From: Candidatus Bathyarchaeota archaeon
GTDB taxonomy: Archaea > Thermoproteota > Bathyarchaeia > Bathyarchaeales > Bathycorpusculaceae
Assembly (NCBI GenBank): GCA_963806535.1
Contig: CAWDYC010000004.1
Coordinates: 523,896-587,895 of the forward strand
DNA: 64,000 nt
Direction: 5' to 3'
The notes under the pieces are model-generated. The model ran no database searches. It saw only the letters and a list, made by a program, of their open reading frames with translations, and was not told where the DNA came from. The translations under genes were made by a program, and so were the position numbers. Shown here piece by piece: positions 10,624 to 21,826 of the stretch (position 1 is the stretch's first letter; each line of letters opens with the position of its first letter).

Positions 10624-11178
10624 ATGCCAAAAATACAGGTAGAACTCATAGAAAACTTTCTTGTTGTGTGGGATTCCGCTGAAGGTTCACAACTCTACAA
10701 AGCAGGGTATTATGGTAAACCCCTTGGCATTTCAAAACCAAAAATCCCAGAGTTCGATGCCCCATTAATTTTGGATTTGATGGAAGGCTTATACCTTGTC
10801 GAAAACAAAAAAATAGAAATCTACGAAAATCCCGACATGAACAAGGTTAGCCTCAAAAAGCTAAAGCAGAAAGCTAAGCAGTTGTACGATGAGTTTGAAG
10901 AAAAATACGCTGTTTACCATGACCTAAGAGACAGCGCCTTAATTGTTACTCCTGGAATAAAGTTTGGCTGCGACTTCGCCGTTTACAAGTACGGTCCAGG
11001 CGTTGAACATGCTCCCTACATGGTTTCGGTTAAAAAATCAGGCTCAGACATTTCAGCCACTGAGATTGTGAAGGCTGGACGTTTAGCTACAACGGTTCGT
11101 AAACGTTTTATTATTGCTGTGCCTGATTTGGGTTCAAATAAAGTGAAGTATTTGATTTTCAAGTGGTTTAAGGCTTAG
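10624..11178 (+). CDS. endA: tRNA-splicing endonuclease catalytic subunit
   Basis: GYYGKPLGI.KPK, L.L.EGLYL, VYHDLR, PGIKFGCDFAVY..GPG.EHAPY, GRLATTVRK. Confidence 0.93.
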   Translation: MPKIQVELIENFLVVWDSAEGSQLYKAGYYGKPLGISKPKIPEFDAPLILDLMEGLYLVENKKIEIYENPDMNKVSLKKLKQKAKQLYDEFEEKYAVYHDLRDSALIVTPGIKFGCDFAVYKYGPGVEHAPYMVSVKKSGSDISATEIVKAGRLATTVRKRFIIAVPDLGSNKVKYLIFKWFKA

Positions 11179-12476
11179 TTTGCTATTATTGTTTGGTTTT
11201 GGAATTCTCCTCGAATGGTTTGATGCGGATAAATTTTTGATGCTGAAAGCATGCAGCCTTCTTCAAGTTTAACGTCGTCTGCAACTACTGAGACAGCGGT
11301 TATTTTTGTTGGTTTACGCTGGCTTGAATTAACAACAACGTGTCTTCCGATTATGCTGTCGTGCACTTCAGCGCATTCTCCAATAATTACCCTGTCCATT
11401 ACTGCAGAGTTAGTTACCACTGCGTTTTTGCCAATTCTTGTAAAGTTGTCAATGCATGAATCAACTATTCTTGCGCCATCTTCAATTTGACAGTGTCTAC
11501 CAATCAAAACAGCGCCTTCAAGGGTAATTTTCTTTTGTTTTATTTTTTGGATAATTTCTTGGCGGCGTTTTTCTGAGTCGTTGCTTTCTCCTTGCACCCA
11601 AATTGGGCTTCCTTCTTTTAGTCTATCGCCGAAATCATTGAGTGCGCAGAAGTTGCCATTTAGACAGGTTTTTCATGGCGGCTAAGTAGTTTTTGGGTGT
11701 GCCTACATCAAACCAGTTGCCTTTTAATGTGTAACCGTAAACTGGGCGTCCGACTTTGAATTACATATGGAATGAAGTCGTAGCCGAAATCTAACCTGTT
11801 TTTTTCTTTAATTATTTGTTGGATGCCTTTTTCCTTGAAAATCTTTCTTATTTCAGGTGACAACACATACAAGCCTGTGTTTGCAAGGTTGCTGGGAGCA
11901 TCTTTCGGCAAAGGCTTCTCAACAAATCGTTTAATGCAACCATTCTTATCAATGTCGGCTATACCTAAGCCTTCTACGTTTTCAACTTCTCGCAGCACGA
12001 TTGTTAAGGCAGCGCATTTTTCTTTATGATAATCAATTAGGCTTTTGACTTTGATGTCAAATATGTTGTCGCCTTGCACTGCAAAAACTGGGTTGTTAAG
12101 TTCATAATACTCCATGTTTATTCTTGCTGAATCAGCGCTTCCTAAATCTTCCACGTTAGGTTGATATTTTATGTGGATGCGTGGTTTTATGTTGTATCGT
12201 GCTGAGAATCCATAGCCTGATTCAAAGTAATCATAGAGGTCTCGGTAGTTAGTGTAGCCTTTTACTCCGAAGATAAAGTTGCGTATGCCTTGGCTTGCCA
12301 GCGACAAAAGCGAAAACTCCACAAGCGGCCTGTTTAGTCAAACGTAGGCAGGCTTTGCTTGTTTCAGCCGTCAGGGGCAGGAGGCGTGTTGCTTTTCCGC
12401 CTACAGGAATGATTACTCTTATTTTTTCAGGCGCATAGTTATCTCCGACCAGAGGCGCGTAATTGTCGCTCAACAT
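11175..12476 (-). CDS. NDP-sugar pyrophosphorylase (GlgC/MPG family) with LbH domain (frameshifted)
   Basis: IPVGGKATRLLPLT..TSK, QGDN, FVEKP, NTGLY, DFGYD, hexapeptide-repeat C-terminus. Confidence 0.85.
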
Positions 12477-12822
12477 CTCACCAGCAATTAATTGTTATGA
12501 AAGATACTTTATGTTAAAACCTTTTAAACCTGTTTCTTAGTAGAACTAAATTTGCTAAGTAATCTGCTAGCACATTTTAGACATAAGAAACCTATGGCAG
12601 CGATGCTTAGTCTCTTATCAGAAACGTACAAATCAAAGGTTGGAAGAGCCGGCAATTCTAAATCAATAAATCAATAAGTGTTATTAAAATGGCTCATAAG
12701 AAATTTCGCGGATTTAGACTTTAACAACACCTGATAGTTTTGCTAACTTTCATAAGGAACGCAAATTAGTAGAAGCTTTTATAGGATATGCCGATGAAAC
12801 TTAATCAAAACGGTTAGATAAT

Positions 12823-13674
12823 ATGAACAAGCTTGGCGGCTTTATCCGGTTAATGCGACCAGTCAACTGTGCAATGATGGGCTTAGCCGTTTTCGTCGGC
12901 GCACTTTTGGCAGTTTCCCAACCCTTCCAAGGCGCCTGGCTAAACATTGTCTTTGGCTTTTTCACAGGTTTTCTTCTGTGCGCCGCCGCCATGACAATAA
13001 ACGATTATTACGACAGAAGAATTGATGCAGTAAATGAGCCAACACGCCCAATTCCAAGCGGTTTAGTCAGCGCCAGAGAAGCTTTAGCGTTTGTCGCTGT
13101 GCTCACTGTGGTTGGCTTAGTTTTGGCTTACTTCTCAAGTGTTCTGTGTCTTCTTGTGGCGGCAGCAGCGTGGGTTATAACAGTAAGTTATGTTACTGTG
13201 GGAAAACGAAGTGGGTTGCCGGGCAATTTTTTAGTCAGCATATGCGTCGCTATTCCTTTTATTTACGGAAGCATCGCAATCACAGGCGGTTTGCAGCTTA
13301 ACGTTTTGCTTTTTGCCTTGATGGCTTTCTTGGCGAATACGGGCAGAGAAATCACTAAAGGAATCGTTGATGTTAAAGGCGACAGTGCCGAAGGCATCAA
13401 GACTCTGGCAGTGCGGTTTGGCGAAAAAAACGCTGCAATTGTTGCTGCAGTTTTTTATGTTTCTGCCGTTGCTTTGACGCCTGTTACATGGTTATTGCAT
13501 CTTGTAGGCATTTGGTTTATCCCATTTGTTTTGGTAACTAATATTGGACTTGTCGGGTCCTCTGTGCTTTTACTTAGGGATTATTCGCGTGAGAATTCTC
13601 GGCGGATTAAAAAATATGTTCTTTTATGGTTTATCTTCGGTTTGTTAGCCTACATTTTTGGCAGTTTCAAATAA
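12823..13674 (+). CDS. Digeranylgeranylglyceryl phosphate synthase (UbiA family)
   Basis: L.RP.N, INDYYDRRIDAVNEPTRPIPSG, REITKGIVDVKGD..EG.KTLA. Confidence 0.88.
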   Translation: MNKLGGFIRLMRPVNCAMMGLAVFVGALLAVSQPFQGAWLNIVFGFFTGFLLCAAAMTINDYYDRRIDAVNEPTRPIPSGLVSAREALAFVAVLTVVGLVLAYFSSVLCLLVAAAAWVITVSYVTVGKRSGLPGNFLVSICVAIPFIYGSIAITGGLQLNVLLFALMAFLANTGREITKGIVDVKGDSAEGIKTLAVRFGEKNAAIVAAVFYVSAVALTPVTWLLHLVGIWFIPFVLVTNIGLVGSSVLLLRDYSRENSRRIKKYVLLWFIFGLLAYIFGSFK

Positions 13675-13764
13675 AAACAAGACATTTACTTTTCACGTAT
13701 ATATCAGCATGTTAGCAACCATTAAAAGCCCATATCGCTGAATCACCATGTAGAGGATGTTAAC

Positions 13765-14415
13765 ATGTCTGAACGATTTGCTAAAAAATGGGAAGCAAAA
13801 AGAGAAGAAGAATCAATCGGTAAAACAATACATGACACAATTCAGCCACCGCCACCACTAAAAACAGCCTTAGACTTAGCTGTACGAAAACTTGACTTGC
13901 AAATCAACAAGCTCGACCAAGCCAATGAACGCTTTACACAGAAAGACAAAACATTGTTTTCTAAACTGGTACAGGCATACACAAATCATGATTCAGCACA
14001 CGCCAACATTTACGCTACTGAACTAGCTGAAATCCGCAAAATGACAAAGCTAATTATGAATGCAAGACTTGCACTCGATCAAGTGTCGCTCAGAATAAGG
14101 ACAGTTTCAGAGCTCGGCGACGTAGTTGCCGCATTGGGACCATGCGTTGGAGTACTGCGCAGTGTCAGCTGTGGACTTGGCGGAGTGTTACCTGAAGCAG
14201 AAGGCGAATTAAGCGACATCGGAAACATGCTAAGCGGTTTAATGTTTGAAGCAGGAACAAGCAGCGGAATGTCACTAAACTTCAATACGTGCAACGAAGA
14301 TGCTGAAAAAATCTTAGCTGAAGCAGCAACAGTAGCAGAACAAAGAGTCAACTCGAACTTTCCCGATTTGCCACCTGGAATGTCAACTGGCACAGCAAGC
14401 AAAACACAAACTTAA
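13765..14415 (+). CDS. Snf7/ESCRT-III family protein (CdvB-like)
   Basis: A.IYATELAEIRK, LALDQVSLRIRTVSELGD, EDAEKILAEA; FPDLP (MIM2-like) near the C-terminus. Confidence 0.85.
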   Translation: MSERFAKKWEAKREEESIGKTIHDTIQPPPPLKTALDLAVRKLDLQINKLDQANERFTQKDKTLFSKLVQAYTNHDSAHANIYATELAEIRKMTKLIMNARLALDQVSLRIRTVSELGDVVAALGPCVGVLRSVSCGLGGVLPEAEGELSDIGNMLSGLMFEAGTSSGMSLNFNTCNEDAEKILAEAATVAEQRVNSNFPDLPPGMSTGTASKTQT

Positions 14416-14581
14416 GGCAAACTAAACGTTTCTTCTCTTTGCCACTCTTTTTTCTTTTTTTTTGTCAGCTTAATTTGGATTTTCTGAATTAGATTTCAAC
14501 AACCTTGATTGGATATAGATCACGATTTTTCAAAGCAAGAGTTATATCGACAACAAGCAGCTAAAGCTGTGATGAGAAGTC

Positions 14582-14713
14582 ATGCCTAAGGCGCCTCTTT
14601 GTCCTTCATGCTACGTTGAAATGAAACCCAAATGCAACAGTCAAAAAATAATAATTTATCATGAATGCCCCAAATGTGGGACCCGGATTTTATTTACTCA
14701 TTCAGGACACTAA
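14582..14713 (+). CDS. 43-aa CPxCG-type zinc-finger microprotein (not in the ORF track)
   Basis: MPKAPLCPSCYVEMKPKCNSQKIIIYHECPKCGTRILFTHSGH*. Confidence 0.7.
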   Translation: MPKAPLCPSCYVEMKPKCNSQKIIIYHECPKCGTRILFTHSGH

Positions 14714-15327
14714 GACGAAGTCGTCAAATCCAGAGCAATTCGTATTCCTTCCAACATCACTGATGCAAGCGTTGGGGTTAGCCAATCAGCGTTTTTCTTT
14801 AGCCACTCCCAATCCTTCTGTATCGATCTTAAATCTGCTTTTCTGGTTTTCAGAATTTCTTTTTCCAGCGAGTTCAATTGTTTCTCTATTTTTCCCTTTT
14901 CCCCTGCAGAGATGTTGGCGGCGAGAACTTGGTCGCTGGCTTGCTTGAACGCATCTGTTACCTGCTCACTAAAACTAAGCTTGTGTTGTAACTTATTGAA
15001 AGTTTTGTCATCTTCTTCCGATGTAATTCGGCTGGTCGGGGTTTGAGTAAAAGAGAACTTATCTGCATGGCGTTCTTTATTTTCAATGACGTCAATTCCA
15101 TCGGCTGTAATCTTGGCAAATGTCCATTTATCGCTATCAGTTCCAGCAAGTTCAACAAGATTTCTCTCTACCAAATAAGAAATATTGTCATCCATTTGTT
15201 TTGATGATATTTGAAGAGTAGCCTGTATTATGGCTCTGTCAACGCCAAGACTTGCTTGGTCATCGTTAACGCGTTCATATAGCATTTCTAAAATGTCAAT
15301 AAGCACTTGGTTATCCGATGCAGACAT
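14710..15327 (-). CDS. Hypothetical protein with N-terminal winged-helix-like domain
   Basis: 205-aa ORF; ISYLVERNLVE...AKITADGIDVIE wHTH pattern. Confidence 0.7.
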   Translation of the reverse strand: MSASDNQVLIDILEMLYERVNDDQASLGVDRAIIQATLQISSKQMDDNISYLVERNLVELAGTDSDKWTFAKITADGIDVIENKERHADKFSFTQTPTSRITSEEDDKTFNKLQHKLSFSEQVTDAFKQASDQVLAANISAGEKGKIEKQLNSLEKEILKTRKADLRSIQKDWEWLKKNADWLTPTLASVMLEGIRIALDLTTSS

Positions 15328-15515
15328 CGATATTCATCCCTCTTAGCGCTTTGTTAGTTGTTCGCTTAAGATTTAATATTTGTGGAAAAGATAAGCAACC
15401 AATAGCTCATGGGAGTTCAAGCTGTTTAAAAGGAAAAGTTATGTGAACGTACTGTTCTAATGATTGGACTTATATGTTCCTTGCAATGTTTTATGTGCTT
15501 TGAGGGTTCAACCGG

Positions 15516-15962
15516 TTGAATGGTCGCGACGAAACAGAACTCGAATATGCATTGCGAGGGAAAGCATGGAGAGTTTACTGGTTCCTCCTAAAAAAAGGCG
15601 AGCCAGTTGGAGTCCGAGAGGTTCAACGTGCCCTCCATTTCAGCAGCCCCAGCATCGCTTTTCATCACCTTGAGCAATTACGCGAGTTAGGCTTGGTTCA
15701 GAAACAGGAAATTGGCGGCCATTACTCATTGGTCGGTGAAGTGAAAATTGGGGTCCTACGTCATTACGTTAAATTGGGTAAATTGCTTTTTCCACGATAT
15801 TTCTTCTACGCATTGTTCTCCACAATATTTTACGCACTGTACTTGGTTGTTTTATTTAGCAGTTTCACGCGTGATAATTTATTCATTTTATCATTTGGAG
15901 CAATCGTTTGCGCAATATTCTGGTATGAGGCTTATCGTGTATGGACGATGAGGCCATTCTAA
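15516..15962 (+). CDS. Winged-HTH transcription regulator with two C-terminal TM helices
   Basis: VGVREVQRALHFSSPSIAFHHLEQLRELGLV followed by two hydrophobic segments. Confidence 0.8.
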   Translation: MNGRDETELEYALRGKAWRVYWFLLKKGEPVGVREVQRALHFSSPSIAFHHLEQLRELGLVQKQEIGGHYSLVGEVKIGVLRHYVKLGKLLFPRYFFYALFSTIFYALYLVVLFSSFTRDNLFILSFGAIVCAIFWYEAYRVWTMRPF

Positions 15963-16021
15963 ATGTTAGAACAGCTTGTTCGAAGGCTTAGGATAAAATA
16001 AAAACTTGAGTCAACATATCC

Positions 16022-16965
16022 ATGGAGAAAGAGTGTATAGTTCAGAAAGAAATAAAGAAGAAAATGAAAATTTACGGAACTGTAGCAGTTGTTTAAGCAT
16101 TAGTTCTTGTTTCCATGATTTACGTTATTGGTACAACGTCATTAGTTTATCCGCCGAATCAATCGCCTTTTGTCTCTGGCATGAAAACTTTCTCTTCACT
16201 AGATGAGCTGAAAAACTACGTGAATAATACCTCTCAAGAACGTGGCACGTTTGCTGGAGGACCTTTAGACTCTCAATATTTCGGTTCAAACTCTCCAACC
16301 CCCTAGGCTGTACCGTCTGCAATGTCGCCTTCCGCTGTCAACGCTCAAAATTCACTCAATTATTATTGGACATTGCCAAGTGACAGCCATTCAACTAATA
16401 ATGTTCAAGTCTCAGGGGTTGATGAAGCGGACACAGCAAAAATAGATGGTCAATACATCTACACAATTTCATCTACTCAAAACGCGGGTGTGCTTTATTG
16501 GAAAGCATATGGGTACGGATCTGGAAGCGACAATTCAGTATACATTGTAAATGCTGACCCTCAAAATCCACAGGTCGTATTAAAAATATCTTTGGGGAAT
16601 GACACTGAACCAGCTGGACTATTTCTAAGCTCAAACGGAAGTAAACTTGTAGTTTTAGCAAGTAAATATCAAACTTATAATTATGGGAGGTGTCATGGTG
16701 CCGCGTTCTGTAGGTGTTGCAATGCCCATGATACTTGCTTACCAGGCTGATGTTTTCACATCCATTAACGTTTACGATGAATCGAACAAGGCTAGCCCTG
16801 TGTTGACCAGAAACTTCACTGTCAGCGAAAGTTATCATAACAGCCAAAACAACTCGATAACCGTTCACTCTATATTGGCAACATACTATACACAATCTCA
16901 AACGCTGAAATCAAACTTAACAGCCTAACAGACCTTCGCAAATAACAGAAATCTACCTAAGCTAA
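16022..16965 (+). pseudogene. Secreted beta-propeller protein (COG4880/Beta_propel), internally deleted
   Basis: STNNVQVSGVDEADTAKIDGQYIY N-terminal motif and SLYIGNILYTIS...LNSLTDL C-terminal motif only ~0.5 kb apart. Confidence 0.7.
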
Positions 16966-17002
16966 AATTTCTACATTATTTCTTTCTTTTTGTTGCGTAA
17001 GT

Positions 17003-20000
17003 TTAATTCTCTTTATTATCTTTAGCGTAAACTTCAACTCTAACTTCTTGAGATGATTTTCCCAGAAGATCTGTTAGAGAGCCTTTCCATTTGGGGTTAG
17101 AGTTTGCCGTAAAGCCTACAGTTTGTGCTATGCCTCTCCACAGCAAGGCTTTATCATAGTCTTTGGCGTCTTGTGGCATAAACTCAAAAATCGATCGGCT
17201 TGCAATGATTACAAGTTTCTTTTTCATTCGGGAAATGGCGACGTTTATTCTGTTTAGATTAAGCAGGAAGTCACTTTCTGAACGAACATAATCAGGATCG
17301 CTCACTGTCGAAGAAATGATTATGCAGTCACCTTCGCCACCTTGGTAACGCTCCACAGTGTCAACCCGCACATTTTCGTAGCCGTCAAGCAGCAAATTCT
17401 TCACCACACCCCTTTGAGCATTATGTGGTGTAACAATTCCCACACCTTCTGACTTTACATTGCGGACAAGAGCATCAACAATTTTTGCCTCTACCAAATT
17501 TGATTGAAAACTTTCTATCTCATCATGAACAATCAAAACAAAAATGTTGTTAGGCTCCAAAACAACTTTCAAACCCTCTGTTGGAGGCATCACAGGCGTT
17601 AGAGTTTGTGTTTGGTCAGAGCGAAAATCAATCCCATCTTTGTGGTATACCCAATCTTTTAGAAACTTTGCAACAACTTGGTGGCATCGATGTGTTTCGC
17701 TTAAGCGTTCTGTTGGAATATCGGCTTTGTGCAACGCTTTAACGTGTTCAATCCCAAGGTCTTCTTGTCGTAGTAAACGAAGGAAATCCATAGCCGAAAG
17801 AAATGAAGCCATTTCTTCAATGGTGCGCCTATCCTCTTTTTCCCAATTATGCGCTTGAATTGGAGGTAACTGTCTATGGTCACCAGCCACCATAATTTGA
17901 GCGTTCTTATCAACAAAGGCGCCTGAAAGAATCAATTCGGGAAGCCGCATCATGCTTGCCTCGTCAACAACTAGTAAGTCAAAGAAGCCTTCGTTCCAGG
18001 CTGGTTCTTTGCCTCCGATTTTCTTCATGAGACCATATAACCCGGGCGGCGTTACACATAAAACCAAAGGAAACCCATCTGCTGAATTTGGAAACCAGCT
18101 TGTTTTGGCTTGACAGCGCATCTTTTAATTCCGTAACTATTTCTTCATCTTCGTTGTAGTTTACGTATTGTACGCCATCAATTGCTTTTGATGAAGAAAC
18201 ATGGTTGTTTAGAACTCTATAAATTCGTAAGGTCGGCTAAGTCTTTGTTTCCTTCTTTGCAATAGGTTCGCCAAGACTTTGCTAGTTTGGTAACAAATTC
18301 ATGAATTGCTTTATGTGTAGGCGCAACCATCAAAACACGACACTTGCAGACTGCTTTATGGGCTGCAATATGAGCGAGAACCGCTAATTGCAAGGTTTCA
18401 GTTTTTCCTGTGCCTGGTGGACCTTGAAGCATAACAACTTGTTCCTTACCAAAAACCCGGTCAATGAAACGGCTTTGCTCCGGTTTAGGTGGAAGCCTCT
18501 TGTTTTCAGCCCACCCCAAGAACGCCCTCGCTTTTTCCTTAGACTAATGCAGTGCGCTGTGAAGGTTTGTTTGTTCCTGCCAAAAAACCAGCCAGCAAGC
18601 AATACAGTTCATTGTCGGCTGCGTAGTCAAGGCATTTTGCTGCCCGCTCCGAAATAATATCATCTGCTAAATTATCTAAGATGTATTTGCGTCCCGCTTC
18701 AAAAAGTTGCATGTGTTTACTATTGGTGGCTTTTTCTTTGTCTGTGGTTGGAAGATCATGCCAAGTGCTGTATCGTCTACTTTTGCCGCTGGGCCAACTG
18801 ACCACTTTGAGGGTTATCTCCATTTTTCGTAAATCGACTTTTTCAACTATAACGCGGGCAGATTTTTCTACATGTGACGGTGCCCTTTGGTTTGATTTCC
18901 TCAAACTGTCCTTGATCATTTAATCTGATTTCGGTGGCAACCATCCAGTCGCCAGAGCCAGAATCGTCAGATCCTTTGACTCTGCATGCATTAACCATGC
19001 ACTCGGACTTTGGTAACCCAAGCCCATCATAAATTAGCTTGCCCGTAACCACAAAATCATGATCAAATTCTTCAGCGCTTAAACATTCAAAAATCAATGA
19101 TCTGCCTGAGGCTACCCGTTGACATGGAAGCAGAGCATAATGTTGAAACATTTCTTGTCGCTTGGCAAAATATTCCAGGTCTAAGAATTCACGGCAGCTT
19201 CTCTCAAGAGTTGAGCATCCTAAAGTGAACTCGGTGATTTTTGGAATGTTTATTGGTTTTTTGCCTAATCTGCGATTGCGTATAGAAAGCGAGCGTTCGA
19301 TGCATTCAAGAGCCAAACAAATCTTTTCGGCCAAAAGCATCAAGTCTTCTTCAGTGATTTTTCGCGTTTTATGTGGGTAATCGCACCATAAACGCTTCTC
19401 AACCATTATTTTCTCGTGGCCGTCCACTTGGCTTGATGTCAAGTCTTCCTTTGGCGCCCCAGACATACTCGATTGGAATCTGGTTTCCAAAACGTGCCCT
19501 TGCGGGATAATACCCTTCTTTGAGCCTCGCATCGTCAGAACCAAGTATGAATGAAATTGAACCAGAAGGGCTTCGTGTGTATGGCAGTTCAAAGTTAAAG
19601 AAGCCATCTCGGAAAGCCTGTCGCAGGTCTAACCGTGAGCCATCTTTGCGGTTAACTGTCCATTGGTTAGAATCGAAGTAGCAGCATTGTTTGAGAACAG
19701 GCAAAATCCCCGTACTGTGGTACCCAACTGCTTTTCTCAGCATGATTTCGTCTTGAAGGATGGAGAACATGGGTTGGTCAATTGCTTGCCTCAGACCCAG
19801 AAGGTCTTGCATTGCATGAGCAGACGTCATATAAAGTGAGTGACGACGTACAGCTTCCATTAAGTGGTCTCGTTCTTGCCTAGTGTAGAAGTAAAGGTGA
19901 ATTGGCGCCTCATCGGGGCTTCCAACTTCAATCGCGATGCCATTAATGGCATTAGTAAGCTCGTGTAAAGAACGCTTCCAGAAGATTTTTTTCTTCTTCT

Positions 20001-21435
20001 ATGCATTCTTTCTGTTCCTTAGGCAAGACGTTAACAATTTTTGAAATAGTAATCGATTTTCCATGATATCTTGTGCAGCTTACTCTGGCGCTAATCATGG
20101 AAATAATGTTTAACAGGTAATCCCATTGAATATGAAAATACACGCGAACCATGCCGTCAGGTCTGAAAGAAAGCGACGTATCCACACCTTCCTGAGGGCT
20201 ATCCTCAGGCAAAGTTCCGTACCCAGTGCCCGTAAGCCAAGGCATCCATCTAACATTATTGGAAAATTTGCTGTTAGGACGTATTGTGGCAAGCATAAAT
20301 TGAGCTCTTTGAATTAATCTGTCAAGCTTGCCACCAATTACGGGGTCAGAAGATAGTAACTGGACCTTCTGTTGGTCTAAAGCTGGGATTTCCTTAAAGT
20401 TGTAGGGCGTTAATTCTTCAGGTTTAGGCACTGCTTTTAATCGTGCAAGATCTTCCAGCCGAAAAATTCCTTGTTGACTTAGAGCCTTTTGCTCGCCTCT
20501 TGTCAAGTTAAGCAGCGCAACACTTTCACTTTCAACAGCGCAGACGACACAGCACTCGTTATAGCCGCAGTTGTCACAGCGCCATGAAAGCTGATACTCC
20601 ACTTCTTTTAGCGGTTTTTTGTGAATTCGATATAGTTCGCCGTTTGCGCTTAGCAGTCTTTGGATATCTTGGATTAAAGGTTCAAGTCTAAACGATGGAA
20701 GCTCTTGGGGTTCAAGTTTTTCTAAGTCTGATTCTTTGTTAATCACGCCGCCTTCAAACTCTATTTTAGACGCAAGTTTTCCTAACGCTTCAGATAAGCA
20801 GTAATACATAAGTGGCGACTTGCATGCGGTGGGCTGTCTGCTCTCTCCAAGAGGATTTTATTTCAAAAATGCGAACTTTAACTTTGCCGTCCCTGTTTGG
20901 CCAGATTCCAATTAGGTCGGCTATGCCTTTAATTTCCCATAAACCAATTTGCCCCATCATGGGTGCTTGATAAACCAAAACAGGTTTGTACTCTGACTCT
21001 GAGCTTGCGGAAAGTGCGTTTTCAACTATTTGAGTTAATGCATGAAGCGATTGCGGCCAAGCCTCAGCCCATTTACCAACCTGCTTTTTTGGGTCATAAC
21101 AGGTGAAATCCTGGTAATCAGCAACTTTAGTTTTTAGCTCTTGAACCGTTTTTTCTTCTAACTGTTTTCCCGCGTAAATAGCAAGGGGCTCAGTGGCTTA
21201 TGAAATGCTTCAGGCCATTTCCTATGTTTTTCTTCAGAATCTTCAAAACGAAGTTTGAAGTATCGCGGGCAACAGTCAAAGCGAATGTATTCTGCTATTC
21301 CTGATGCGTCAAGCGAAGGTAACTTTTCAGTGGACTGATCATGCGAGGCTGTGCTTTTTGGTTTAAGACGTTTAATTCCTTCTGAGTATGTTGGACCAAT
21401 TTTTGTGAACCTGAATCGTCAGTTTCCCCGTCCAA
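17003..21435 (-). CDS. Large Cas4/RecB-like nuclease, RNase H-like domain and DNA2/NAM7 SF1 helicase fusion (TM0106/COG2251-like; multiple indels)
   Basis: IAEYIRFDCCPRY; GIADLIGIW..IFEIKSS...HRMQVATY; RCDNCGYNECC; QGPPGTGKT; VDEAS; GDHRQLPP; TVERYQGGE; NRINVAISR; TTG start at 21435 with GAGGAG RBS. Confidence 0.85.
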
Positions 21436-21579
21436 TTTTAGCGCTCCTCTCTCCCGTGAACAAGTGTATGGTGCTTAAAAGTTATGCTTAGGTTTAAAAC
21501 ATTATGTAAAATTCCTTATCGAATAGCGAAAATTAAATCTTGATCTACCTGAGGTAAAAAGATTAAACTGAGTCGTTTT

Positions 21580-21753
21580 TTATTGACGGTTTTTTGTGCA
21601 AGTTTTGTTCTTTGTGTTTTAAGCTGCTTTTTGGATTAGGGTTTGCTTCGTCTGCAGGTTGAGTCGGAAAAAGTCTAAAAAGGTCCAACACGATCCAAAA
21701 AGGGACAAAAAAGGTCTGTTAAGGTCGCCGCTAAATCAAAAAGTTACCTTTCA
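21580..21753 (-). repeat. Dispersed intergenic element copy C (closest to copy A)
   Basis: Reverse complement: AACTTTTTGATTTAGCGGC, then GACCTTAACA GACCTTTTTT ... GACTTTTTCC, then GACTCAACCTGCAGA...AAAACACAAAGAACAAAACTTGCACAAAAAACCGTCAATAA. Confidence 0.92.
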
Positions 21754-21826
21754 AAAGTTCTTGCCCCCTTCAACCCACCTACCACTCAAGTCCTAAAAGA
21801 ACCCCCAAAACATTATAGTTCCGATT

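Noticed and set aside
19952-21435. Cas4 gene of a CRISPR-Cas locus
   Set aside because: The Cas4-like domain is fused to a helicase, and no array or other cas genes are present
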